A DNA stretch of 64,000 bases from an uncultured Poribacteria bacterium (GCA_958295855.1 OY282383.1:106707-170706), one strand, 5' to 3'. Shown: positions 38,141 to 47,169, counted from the stretch's first letter. Notes: generated by a model from the letters alone, not told the origin. Numbers and translations: made by a program.

Positions 38141-39277
38141 ATGAAAACAACACCGCTTTATCACACACATTGCCAACTCGGTGCCACCTTTGCTGAAAAA
38201 CACGAAGGCTGGAATTTAGTTGCTCACTTCACCGATACTGCCGCTGAAAACCATGCTGTTAGAAACCATGTCGGCATCGCTGATTTGTCACACCAAGGTA
38301 GACTCCGATTGACTGGCGAAGATCGGGCAAAATTTTTACACCGCCTCATCTCAAACGATGTTGAAAGCCTATCCGCTGGGCAAGGCAATTATGCGATGCT
38401 CTTGACGAATCGCGGTAAAATCATCGCCGATATGAACATCCATGTCCTTGAAGATGCAATTGGCATCAATACCGCGCCTGAAACGACAGACAGCCTCTTT
38501 AAGGAATTGGATAAATATATCATCGCTGATGACGTAGAACTTTCTGGGCTAACCGAGGAAACAGGAGCAATCGCTGTCCACGGCCCCAAATCACCAGAGC
38601 TCGTTCAATCCGTGTTGGGTATAACAGCCCTCGGTACTTTGGTACAACATCACAACCGCTTTTATGAGGTGGACTCTCCACAAGGTTGGCAATGGGTTGT
38701 CTGCGTGAGGGCAGATATCACAGGCGAAATTGGCTACAACCTTTACACCTCAGCCGACGCATTAGCATGGCTATGGGAACGGTTGATGACTGAACGTGAA
38801 GAGGTTCAACCTATTGGATGGGATGCCCTAGAATCGCTCAGGATTGAGGCTGGGATACCGAGATACGGAGCGGAATTAACCGATAAGGTTATCCCTCTTG
38901 AGGCAGAATTAGAACACGCCATCAATTTTGAGAAGGGATGTTACATCGGCCAGGAGATTGTGGCGCGGATGAAATATCGCGGCCACCCCAATCGCCTCTT
39001 ACGCGGCCTCGAAATCCACGATGCGAATGTGCCGGAGCAGAACGACCGGATTTTCAGCAGTGGTATAAGCCCCGCTTTGCGGGGTAAACACCCTAAAGAA
39101 AAGGAGGTGGGTTGGATTACCAGCGCGACCTATTCGCCGACACTCGAAAAACCGATTGCCCTCGGTTACGTTCGGACCGCGGTTGCTACGGCAGGCAGCC
39201 GCGTCCAAATTGAAACTTCGGCAGGGCATGTCAACGGCACGGTTGTGCTTTTGCCTTTTTTAACGAACGAAGTTTAA
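38141..39277 (+). CDS. GcvT/YgfZ-family folate-binding (aminomethyltransferase-like) protein
   Basis: HVGIADLSHQGRLRLTGEDRAKFLHRLISND, EAGIPRYG, KGCYIGQE and GWITSATYSPTLEKPIALGYV. In-frame type A module at 39062-39092. Confidence 0.8.
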   Translation: MKTTPLYHTHCQLGATFAEKHEGWNLVAHFTDTAAENHAVRNHVGIADLSHQGRLRLTGEDRAKFLHRLISNDVESLSAGQGNYAMLLTNRGKIIADMNIHVLEDAIGINTAPETTDSLFKELDKYIIADDVELSGLTEETGAIAVHGPKSPELVQSVLGITALGTLVQHHNRFYEVDSPQGWQWVVCVRADITGEIGYNLYTSADALAWLWERLMTEREEVQPIGWDALESLRIEAGIPRYGAELTDKVIPLEAELEHAINFEKGCYIGQEIVARMKYRGHPNRLLRGLEIHDANVPEQNDRIFSSGISPALRGKHPKEKEVGWITSATYSPTLEKPIALGYVRTAVATAGSRVQIETSAGHVNGTVVLLPFLTNEV

Positions 39278-39376
39278 AAAATTGTGTCGGTAACGCTTAA
39301 CAGAGATGCCGACACAGGAAAACCGGACCTGCAATTTCCTAATCCTAGGTTCGCACCAGAGGAGGAACGCCTTACA

Positions 39377-40216
39377 ATGGGAAATTCAAATTTTGCCAAA
39401 ATTCTGCTGGGCTTAGACGGCTCCAGCTACGCGCAAGCGGCAATTGAATACACGTGTCAACTCGCCCTCGGCCACAACGCAATAGTTACAGGTGTGGCTA
39501 TCATTGATTTACCAGGTATTCAATCTGCGAGTGTGCCAGTGCCAATCGGCGGGGCGCATTATGACGCGCAACGTGAAGACAAGATAGTGGAGGAGACACA
39601 AGCAAAAGCAAAAGCGATTCTTGACGACTTTGAGCGCATCTGCCAATCCCGAAACGTGGACGCCGTTTTACACGCCGATACCGGCAGAGCTTTCTCCGAA
39701 ATTATAGAGGAATCCAAATTCCACGATTTTATTGTCATCGGCAAGCGAACCTTTTTTGGATATTCCGCCCATGAATCCCACGGCACGCTTGAACAAATTT
39801 TGAAACATGGCCTGACGCCTGTCCTTGCGGTACCCGATTCGGTGCGGAAAATTGAGAAGGTTTTAATTGCGTACGATCATAGCGTACCAGCTTCCAAAGC
39901 TGTCCACATGTTCCTCCTTCTCGGTATATGGAACGCGTGCGATATAACCCTGCTCACGGTGAATGACAATGCTGAAGCCGCACAGGCCTTACTTGTAAAC
40001 CTAAGTGAGTTTTTCGAAAGCTACGGTATTCAACCGAATCTTGTCACGCGAAGCGGACATCCGGATGCTGAAGTCAAATCCTACATCGAGGAAAACGACA
40101 CCGACCTGTTAGTGATGGGCGCTTACGGCAGAAAAAGCATCCGTGAATTCTTTGTCGGCAGCGTTACCCAGCATCTAATACAAGAGACAGAAATTCCGCT
40201 TTTTCTTTTTCATTAA
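39377..40216 (+). CDS. Tandem universal stress protein (2 UspA domains)
   Basis: KILLGLDGS ... and a second half KVLIAYDHS...DLLVMGAYGRKSIREFFVGSVT. Start at the ATG at 39377 after agaggagga. Confidence 0.8.
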   Translation: MGNSNFAKILLGLDGSSYAQAAIEYTCQLALGHNAIVTGVAIIDLPGIQSASVPVPIGGAHYDAQREDKIVEETQAKAKAILDDFERICQSRNVDAVLHADTGRAFSEIIEESKFHDFIVIGKRTFFGYSAHESHGTLEQILKHGLTPVLAVPDSVRKIEKVLIAYDHSVPASKAVHMFLLLGIWNACDITLLTVNDNAEAAQALLVNLSEFFESYGIQPNLVTRSGHPDAEVKSYIEENDTDLLVMGAYGRKSIREFFVGSVTQHLIQETEIPLFLFH

Positions 40217-40354
40217 CTTTCAAACCAAGAAAATGTAAGAGAAAACGGAATGTGAACTATTCCCAGATTAAATTTGGGGGAGTGGGATAAGCCCCGCTTT
40301 GCGGGGTAAATACCCTTAACGACACCTACAAGCCAACTATGAGGTGAATTCACT

Positions 40355-41263
40355 ATGATACAGAACCTTTTTAGAACCCAAACGTTACTGTTACTGTGCC
40401 TGCCGATACTCTTGGGGGGATGCGGTCTTGCCAAGTTGTCTAGCATCCAAGAGGAAGGCGATCTAACTGTGGTAGAAGCCACGCTTGAGGGAAACCTCAA
40501 GACGCTTGAACGCATGGCTAAGCTTGGGAATACGTCTCTCCTTGTTAAGACTGCCCGCGCTTTTTCATCTTACAGCGGCTTTATGGAAGATAAGATGGAA
40601 GACGCTGAGATAGCCGGTGACACGAAAACTGCGGCGGAGATGCATGCACGTGCAATTGAGCACTATAAACGTGCTGAAAGCTACGCGTTCAAGGCACTGG
40701 CGAAATCCAATAAAACCTTCAAGGAAGCAAGAACTGTCGATATCGCTGTGTTTGAAAAGGCACTCCAAAAACTGAAAAAGAAGGATGTTGAACCCCTGTT
40801 TTGGGCAGCTTACGCTCTAGGCCGCGGCATTAGCCTCCAGAAAGATGATCCGATGCAAGTCATTGATCTCGCTCGGGTGGAACTAATGATGCGGCGGGTG
40901 CTTGAACTGGATGAAACCTTCTACTTTGGTGGTGCTCACCTGTTCTACGCTGTCTATTACGGCGACCGGGCACCAGCAATTGGCGGGGACCCGGAGAAGG
41001 CAAAGGAACACATCGCTCATGTCGATAGAATTAATAAGGGAAGATTCCTGATGAGCAAATTCTATCTCGCGCTCTACTACGCCTATCCTAAACAGGACGC
41101 GCGGCTCTACAAACAGGCATTACAAGAAATTCTTGATGCGCCATCGGACATTTATCCGGGGCAGGCAGCCGCAACTTCGGTGGCAAAATCCCGCGCCAAA
41201 CGTTGGCTCGCTCAGGCGGATACACTTTTTGATCCAGAAATGGAAGAAGGAGACACTGAATGA
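40355..41263 (+). CDS. TatT-like TPR lipoprotein (TRAP-transporter-associated)
   Basis: Lipobox LLGGCG. Helical TPR-like body with FYFGGAHLFYAVYY...GGDPEKAKEH and MSKFYLALYYA. Directly followed by a DctP-family gene with a stop/start overlap. Confidence 0.55.
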   Translation: MIQNLFRTQTLLLLCLPILLGGCGLAKLSSIQEEGDLTVVEATLEGNLKTLERMAKLGNTSLLVKTARAFSSYSGFMEDKMEDAEIAGDTKTAAEMHARAIEHYKRAESYAFKALAKSNKTFKEARTVDIAVFEKALQKLKKKDVEPLFWAAYALGRGISLQKDDPMQVIDLARVELMMRRVLELDETFYFGGAHLFYAVYYGDRAPAIGGDPEKAKEHIAHVDRINKGRFLMSKFYLALYYAYPKQDARLYKQALQEILDAPSDIYPGQAAATSVAKSRAKRWLAQADTLFDPEMEEGDTE

Positions 41264-42342
41264 TGAAAAAGCAGAAAACAGACGTTAAACAACATGCCCC
41301 TCAAGAAGTTCAACACGCATTTTCAATGCGTGGTATACCCTTCGTGGGCGTGATTCTACTGCTCTTCGGGATGCTATGTTTTCCCATAGGGCATCTCGTC
41401 GCGGAATCTATTAAGTTTGCGACACTCGCACCGAAGGGTTCCACGTGGATGAACAATTTCGATGCAATGGCAAAAGAACTTCGCAGCAAAACCGATGGGG
41501 AACTCCAATTTCGATTCTATCCCAACGGTGTCCAGGGCGACGAACCTGATGTCGTCCGCAAGATGCGCGCAGGCCTGCTCCACGCTGGGGCCATGACAGC
41601 TACCGGACTTGGCGAAATACAGCAAGAGGTGCTGATTTTTCAACTGCCCCGGATGTTCAAAACCTACGATGAAGTTGACTACGTCCGTGAGCATCTCCGC
41701 GAAGAACTTGATAAAGCCTTTGAGGATGCCGGATACGTCCTGCTCGGTATGGGCGACATCGGCTTCTATTACATATTCAGCAATCAACCGATCACTACCA
41801 TGGCAGACCTTCAGGCACCAAAAGTCAAGGTGTGGGTTCGTACCAGCGACAAAATTGGGCTCGAATTTTACAAAAATGCCCAAGTTGCGACTGTACCCAG
41901 AGAGGTTACACAAGTTCTGTCTTCGCTCTATGCCGGTCAGATTAACGCTGTAAGCGTATCGCCTTACGCATGTGTGGCATTGCAATGGTACCCCAAATTC
42001 AAATACATGAGTGACTTCCCGGTTAGCGTAGGTGTCGGCGCAACGGTGATTACAAAGGAGAAGTTTGACCGGCTTTCTCCCGAGCAACAGCAGCTTTTGC
42101 GGGAAACCGCCGACAAATATCAGATCGAGTTGATTCAGAAAATTCGGGAAGATAACGATAAAGCACTTGAGGCACTGCAACAGAAAGCAGGTATTAAGGT
42201 GGTTGAATTCAAAGAAGACGCGCGCAAAGCGTGGGATGCTATCGCAGTGGAAACCCACAACGCGCTCGTTGGTGAGATTTACTCACAAACGTTCCTTGAC
42301 AAAATTAACGCGCTCTTACAGGAGTACCGAGCGAACAATTAG
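41260..42342 (+). CDS. TRAP-transporter substrate-binding protein (DctP family)
   Basis: IKFATLAPKGSTWMNNFDAMAKEL...FRFYPNGVQGDE. The start could be the ATG at 41260 (ATGA overlap) or the ATG at 41325, which lies inside a type C hairpin module. Confidence 0.8.
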   Translation: MMKKQKTDVKQHAPQEVQHAFSMRGIPFVGVILLLFGMLCFPIGHLVAESIKFATLAPKGSTWMNNFDAMAKELRSKTDGELQFRFYPNGVQGDEPDVVRKMRAGLLHAGAMTATGLGEIQQEVLIFQLPRMFKTYDEVDYVREHLREELDKAFEDAGYVLLGMGDIGFYYIFSNQPITTMADLQAPKVKVWVRTSDKIGLEFYKNAQVATVPREVTQVLSSLYAGQINAVSVSPYACVALQWYPKFKYMSDFPVSVGVGATVITKEKFDRLSPEQQQLLRETADKYQIELIQKIREDNDKALEALQQKAGIKVVEFKEDARKAWDAIAVETHNALVGEIYSQTFLDKINALLQEYRANN

Positions 42343-42411
42343 GTTACGGTGAACCTCGGCACTGTTGTCACGGTAGGCGGGCTTTCCCGAGTCCGTCTAC
42401 TTGCTTTGCTA

Positions 42412-42443
42412 GAAGTTTCCCACTATTTTCAATAGTGGTGAAC
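42412..42443. repeat. 32-bp type D hairpin module, reverse orientation
   Basis: gaagtttcccactattttcaatagtggtgaac. Confidence 0.85.
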
Positions 42444-42716
42444 ACTTCGCACACGGGAAAACCTCGGCACATTCATCTGTGACGCTATCCTACGCTGTGC
42501 CGGTGTCAAAATCCGATGGCGCGACAAGATGAAAAAGATAAGCACCACTCTGTTTACGAGCACCAAGACATGCCGGATTACGAAACACACCGTAAGGTGA
42601 TTGTAGACTGGGCGGAATGCCGGTTACGGAAACCGGACACTCCGACCCACAGTTACAAGTATTAGCGTGCTAGAGGGGTTCGTGGGTGAGCAATGCCAGA
42701 ACAGACTCTAATCCTA

Positions 42717-44234
42717 TTAATCTTTTTTTAGGAGTCGTTCAACCTGTTCTGCGACTGCCGCATCTGTCTTTTTCAGACGACGCATCCCCTCCTCAGGCCC
42801 GTAGCGGTTCAAGGTTTCCATCGCTTTTGAAAACCTTTCGGGGTTAAACTGTTCCGAGAGCTCGGATTCAAGTCTTTCCGCTGTTGGAATTTGTGACATA
42901 AAATGATTTTCGAGTTCCGCTGTCAATTCAGCGTCTGTCATATTGGCGAATTCTTCAAACTGCCGGAGCTGCTGCTTGAACTTCTCAAATTCGGCTTGTG
43001 CGGCTTGTGCGGCGGCTGCAGGATCCGAGTGGCGTGCCCTCTCACTGTTTTCCCTATAGTTTTCGGTATCACCAGGGAAGTGACTATCTGACATCGCATC
43101 TCCATTTGGTGCCGTTTCCGAGAATTGTTCCATCTCCTCGGGAAAAATTATCTTTTCAGAGACAACAATACGGTCCTTTGACGGGTCGTAAGGTTCAGGT
43201 TTCTCTGTCAGGACGTTGTAATCCGCGTCCACATAGACAATCTCAATGCCTTCGGGATGAACGCCGTGATGCCGCAGGGCATAATTTTGCTCTTTTGTCA
43301 AGTGCATGCCCCATGTCCGCGTTACCGGGCCATCTCTATAAACATAAGTCATCTTTCCAGTCACCGGTAAGTATTTATCGGGGTGGCTTGCGGGGAAATA
43401 GATGGTGCCGGCGGTATTCGGGTTCGCCGCCCTGAAGTCTTTGTAGACTTGTCGCTCCCACTGCTGCCGTTCGATAAATGCGTCTTCATAAGCCTCGAGG
43501 GAGTTTACGGGCATCACACCGTTTCGTCCGCTCTGCCATGTATTTGGGTTATCATGTGCCTGAATGAGGTAGAATCGTGATTTCAGGTAGTAGTCGTAAT
43601 CGGTAGCGTTTTCAATCACAATGCCTTTATCCAGGATGCGCTGGAGCCATTCTTCGCGGGGGTAGTGTTCGTCATACTTGAGCGTCTTTGGAAAGAGCTC
43701 CACATAACCTGCGTCGTAGGCTGCCATAAGTGCTTCTGTTGTTTGGGGCCCGTCGTAGGGTGTGGGCTGCACAATAACGGGATCCTCGGCTTTCAACTTA
43801 TCCCATGCCTCGGGCGGTGGGTAGATTGGATGTGTCGGTGGCGGCAGTGCTTCTGCTTTAAAGAGTTCGGCTGTTTCCGCCAGGCTCGCTCGGATTTTTG
43901 AGTGCCACTCTGCAATAAATTTAGCAGCGTGGGGTGTCCCTTCTGCTAACCTATTATGCAGGAATTCCGTTTCCACCACATGTCCAAGCATAATTTCGGT
44001 CCGTTTGTCAAGCCAGTCATCCCATGTCTCCACATAATCTGTCTCCGCCTCTTTGCGCTTTTCCTCTGAGGCCAACGGATGCAATCGTAATCTTTCCGCT
44101 CTTGCCCGGGCTTCAGGTGTAAATGGGATGCTTTTCAGTAGTGAAGTCCGGGAGTCGTCACGAAGGAAAAGAAACAATCCAATACCGAGAACTAGCAAGA
44201 GAGGTACCGCAATCAACAAACGTTTACGTGTCAC
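42717..44234 (-). CDS. Signal-anchored hypothetical protein, 505 aa (full-length paralogue)
   Basis: N-terminal anchor LLIAVPLLLVLGIGLFLFL. No family recognised. Shares two nearly identical blocks with 44575-45663. Confidence 0.6.
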   Translation of the reverse strand: MTRKRLLIAVPLLLVLGIGLFLFLRDDSRTSLLKSIPFTPEARARAERLRLHPLASEEKRKEAETDYVETWDDWLDKRTEIMLGHVVETEFLHNRLAEGTPHAAKFIAEWHSKIRASLAETAELFKAEALPPPTHPIYPPPEAWDKLKAEDPVIVQPTPYDGPQTTEALMAAYDAGYVELFPKTLKYDEHYPREEWLQRILDKGIVIENATDYDYYLKSRFYLIQAHDNPNTWQSGRNGVMPVNSLEAYEDAFIERQQWERQVYKDFRAANPNTAGTIYFPASHPDKYLPVTGKMTYVYRDGPVTRTWGMHLTKEQNYALRHHGVHPEGIEIVYVDADYNVLTEKPEPYDPSKDRIVVSEKIIFPEEMEQFSETAPNGDAMSDSHFPGDTENYRENSERARHSDPAAAAQAAQAEFEKFKQQLRQFEEFANMTDAELTAELENHFMSQIPTAERLESELSEQFNPERFSKAMETLNRYGPEEGMRRLKKTDAAVAEQVERLLKKD

Positions 44235-44326
44235 AGTTTTCTCCTTTTATAAGGGCGGCGTTTCTTGTATGAAACACCGCCCTGGGTCTGTCTCGTTGTT
44301 AAACACTTAGCGAAACGAAGTCTGAT

Positions 44327-44548
44327 TTACTCGCCGTAGGTGGTGTATGATGCATCTGCAGAATCGTAGGAATTGCCTCCGAAGGTGATATAGCAACACG
44401 ATGCCGATTTACTGGCTTCCGCGCGCCCATCAACATAGGCAGATACAGACTCTGAAGGTTGTACCTGTGGGATAACCTTCGTTACTATTGTGGAATACTC
44501 TGTCTTGTAGAGTTTTCCACCGCTTGTCCACTCGGCGAATTGTTCCAT
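44327..44548 (-). pseudogene. Chimeric remnant at the duplication junction (3' part of the 268-aa gene fused to MEQF of the 505-aa gene)
   Basis: MEQFAEWTSGGKLYKTEYSTIVTK... corresponds to residues about 199-268 of the 45756-46562 product. The first 4 codons come from the IIFPEEMEQF region of the 505-aa gene. Confidence 0.6.
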
Positions 44549-44574
44549 CTCCTCGAGAAAAATTATCTCTTGCC

Positions 44575-45663
44575 TTACTCTTCAGGGACAACAATGTAGT
44601 CCTTTGACGGGTCGTAAGGTTCAGGTTTCTCTGTCAGGACGTTGTAATCCGCGTCCACATAGACAATCTCAATGCCTTCGGGATGAACGCCGTGATGCCG
44701 CAGGGCATAATTTTGCTCTTTTGTCAAGTGCATGCCCCATGTCCGCGTTACCGGGCCATCTCTATAAACATAAGTCATCTTTCCAGTCACCGGTAAGTAT
44801 TTATCGGGGTGGCTTGAGGGGAAATAGATGGTGCCGCCGGTATTCGGGTTCGCCGCCCTGAAGTCTTTGTAGACTTGTCGTTCCCACTGCTGCCGTTCGA
44901 TAAACGCATCTTCATAAGCCTCGAGGGAGTTTACGGGCGTTACACCGTTTCGTCCGCTCTGCCATGTATTTGGGTTATCATGTGCCTGAATGAGGTAGAA
45001 TCGTGATTTCAGGTAGTAGTCGTAATCGGTAGCGTTTTCAATCACGATGCCTTTATCCAGGATGCGCTGGAGCCATTCTTCGCGGGGATAGTGTTCGTCA
45101 TACTTGAGCGTCTTTGGAAAAAGTTCCACATAACCTGCGTCGTAGGCTGCCATAAGTGCTTCTGTTGTTTGGGGCCCGTCGTAGGGTGTGGGCTGCACAA
45201 TAACCGGTTCGCTTCCATGTGGATGTAGTTCTTTTTCGCTTCCATGTGGATGTAGTTCTTTCCATGGCAACGCCTCTTTGAGAGGTGTCGGCGGTGGCAA
45301 ATTCGCTGCTTTGTACGGTGCCACCATTTCCACTAATTTAGGGCGGTATCCCGCTTTATACACTGCAATCTCTTCTTGTGTTCTGAGGCCCCCACCCTCT
45401 ACAAGGGCACCAACCATATCTTCTACCCTTCCATCAATCCAGTCGTCCCATGTCCGCACAGGTGTGTTCTTCAAAAAAGCCTCTCGCTTTTCCTTTGAAG
45501 CCAACGGATGCAATCGTAATCTTTCCGCTCTTGCCCGGGCTTCAGGTGTAAATGGGATGCTTTTCAGTAGTGAAGTCCGGGAGTCGTCACGAAGGAAAAG
45601 AAACAATCCAATACCGAGAACGAGCAAGAGAGGTACCGCAATCAACAAACGTTTACGTGTCAC
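44575..45663 (-). CDS. Signal-anchored hypothetical protein, 362 aa (truncated, divergent-core paralogue)
   Basis: The first 56 aa are identical to the 505-aa paralogue. The C-terminus is cut by an 11-nt insertion that creates a TAA at 44575-44577. Confidence 0.6.
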   Translation of the reverse strand: MTRKRLLIAVPLLLVLGIGLFLFLRDDSRTSLLKSIPFTPEARARAERLRLHPLASKEKREAFLKNTPVRTWDDWIDGRVEDMVGALVEGGGLRTQEEIAVYKAGYRPKLVEMVAPYKAANLPPPTPLKEALPWKELHPHGSEKELHPHGSEPVIVQPTPYDGPQTTEALMAAYDAGYVELFPKTLKYDEHYPREEWLQRILDKGIVIENATDYDYYLKSRFYLIQAHDNPNTWQSGRNGVTPVNSLEAYEDAFIERQQWERQVYKDFRAANPNTGGTIYFPSSHPDKYLPVTGKMTYVYRDGPVTRTWGMHLTKEQNYALRHHGVHPEGIEIVYVDADYNVLTEKPEPYDPSKDYIVVPEE

Positions 45664-45755
45664 AGTTTTCTCCTTTTATAAGGGCGGCGTTTCTTGTATC
45701 AAACGCCGCCCTGGGCCTGTCTCGTTGTTAAACACTTAGCGAAACGAAGTCTGAT

Positions 45756-46562
45756 TTACTCGGAAGGGGTGTATGATGCATCTGCAGAATCGTAGGAATT
45801 GCCTGCGAAGTCGAAATCGACACACGATGCCGATTTATTGGCTTCCGCGGGACCATTAACATGAGCAGATGCAGACTTTGAAGGTTGTACCTGTGGGATA
45901 GCCTTCGTTACTATTGTGGAATACTCTGTCTTGTAGAGTTTTCCACCGCTTGTCCACTCAGCCCCTGTTTTTGCACGATCATCACCAAGGTTAACGCTAA
46001 TCGTTAGTTTTATTGTGGGATCGGAAACCTGCACTCCATAAACCCGCTTGAACTGTTCCCGCACCATGAGCACCCATGCCTGAAGGAACGATTCGTTTCC
46101 GGAATCTGTTTTTGCAGGGATTGTCACTGCCTTCCAATGGTCGTGGGCGAATCCAAAGTGTGAAAGCGTGCACCAAAAGCCATCACAAGGGACATAACCT
46201 TCTACGGTGCATTCCTCCCGAGAAGCCTCTACCGTCGCGCTTCCTTTGTAATCCGCAACTCTTTCGTATAAAGCACCGTTGAAAGCTGTGGGATTTGAAA
46301 TAGACGGTCCCATATAGGCTGAGGCATTAGAGGAACCCGCAGACACGGAACCACTCAGGGTCCAGCCACCGCGATGACTTTCAGAGTGAGAATCCGAAAA
46401 CGAACTATATCCTTCATTCTGGTATGTCCATTCACAGTATCCCTCTATGGGCAGCAGCATCAAACTACAGATCGCGAGAATGAGAATGGATAGGCACGCG
46501 ACAGATGGATGTTTCAACTTCTCTAAAAACACAGTTTTTCTCCTTGATTTTGATTCCGACAC
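45756..46562 (-). CDS. Secreted or anchored hypothetical protein, 268 aa
   Basis: Hydrophobic N-terminal segment VACLSILILAICSLMLL. Cys- and Ser-rich. No family recognised. Confidence 0.55.
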   Translation of the reverse strand: MSESKSRRKTVFLEKLKHPSVACLSILILAICSLMLLPIEGYCEWTYQNEGYSSFSDSHSESHRGGWTLSGSVSAGSSNASAYMGPSISNPTAFNGALYERVADYKGSATVEASREECTVEGYVPCDGFWCTLSHFGFAHDHWKAVTIPAKTDSGNESFLQAWVLMVREQFKRVYGVQVSDPTIKLTISVNLGDDRAKTGAEWTSGGKLYKTEYSTIVTKAIPQVQPSKSASAHVNGPAEANKSASCVDFDFAGNSYDSADASYTPSE

Positions 46563-46756
46563 TCGTCAGTGTCGGGTTGTACACAACTTTTGGGGGATTG
46601 CTTCTCTGCGTATCGAGACATCAAAGGGAGGCTCAGGCCATCCGTCCCATGAGAGTGCTGGGCTCTATTGTTATAGCATACAAACCCTGTCATCTGCTAT
46701 GATAAAAACCAGCGCTGCTATACTATGACTATGGCGGTGCTACGCGTCGCTCGGTG

Positions 46757-46969
46757 TTAACACCACCGGCGGTGCCCCACGGAAGAAGGCAAGCAACATG
46801 TCGCAAATATCCACAACAATGACCCCATCAAAACTATACCACGTGTAGTCGTAGTGTGCTGCTCTTGCGCTCGTTCAGATGACACAGAGAGGCACCCGCT
46901 CATGACAAATAACAAGGTCAAAGAAAGTTTGAGAAAAAACAGTGGCGTATAACGTTCTACATGCTTCAT
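46757..46969 (-). CDS. Possible small lipoprotein (70 aa)
   Basis: The ATG at 46969 is preceded by a strong RBS (gaggaggatacctattt). Lipobox-like LLFVMSGC. No homology basis. Confidence 0.35.
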   Translation of the reverse strand: MKHVERYTPLFFLKLSLTLLFVMSGCLSVSSERAQEQHTTTTRGIVLMGSLLWIFATCCLPSSVGHRRWC

Positions 46970-47104
46970 AAATAGGTATCCTCCTCTAATTTCAAAATCG
47001 TCAAACGCCGCTGCATGAATGCGCCGCTTCCGTTTCACTTGACGTAAGTGCAATTATCGTGCCAATGTAAGAAATCCCACTGTTATGGGATATCGGCATT
47101 TTCC

Positions 47105-47169
47105 AACTATGCAAAAATTTGCGCAGTAGGCAAAAAATTGCATAGTAAACTATGCAAAAAATTGCATAG
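47105..47169 (+). promoter_or_regulatory. Array of palindromic operator-like sites upstream of the corrinoid operon
   Basis: Perfect 22-bp palindrome actatgcaaaaaattgcatagt at 47148-47169, an imperfect copy actatgcaaaaatttgcgcagt at 47105-47126, and a half-site caaaaaattgcatagt at 47130-47145. Confidence 0.5.

Larger units (their letters stand above)
43122..45962. repeat. Head-to-tail tandem duplication (1415 bp plus 1426 bp)
   Basis: 43175-43778 matches 44601-45204 at a constant offset of 1426 with only a few SNPs. 44071-44536 matches 45500-45962. The junction is at 44537 (ccactcggc|gaattgttccat). Confidence 0.9.

Noticed and set aside
42343-42716. A 374-bp gap: possible small ORF (ATG 42516, about 50 codons) or structured RNA.
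   Set aside because: There is no RBS and no recognisable motif, and the region contains a type D module and short direct repeats (aacctcggcac x2). I could not support either a CDS or a known RNA family by eye.
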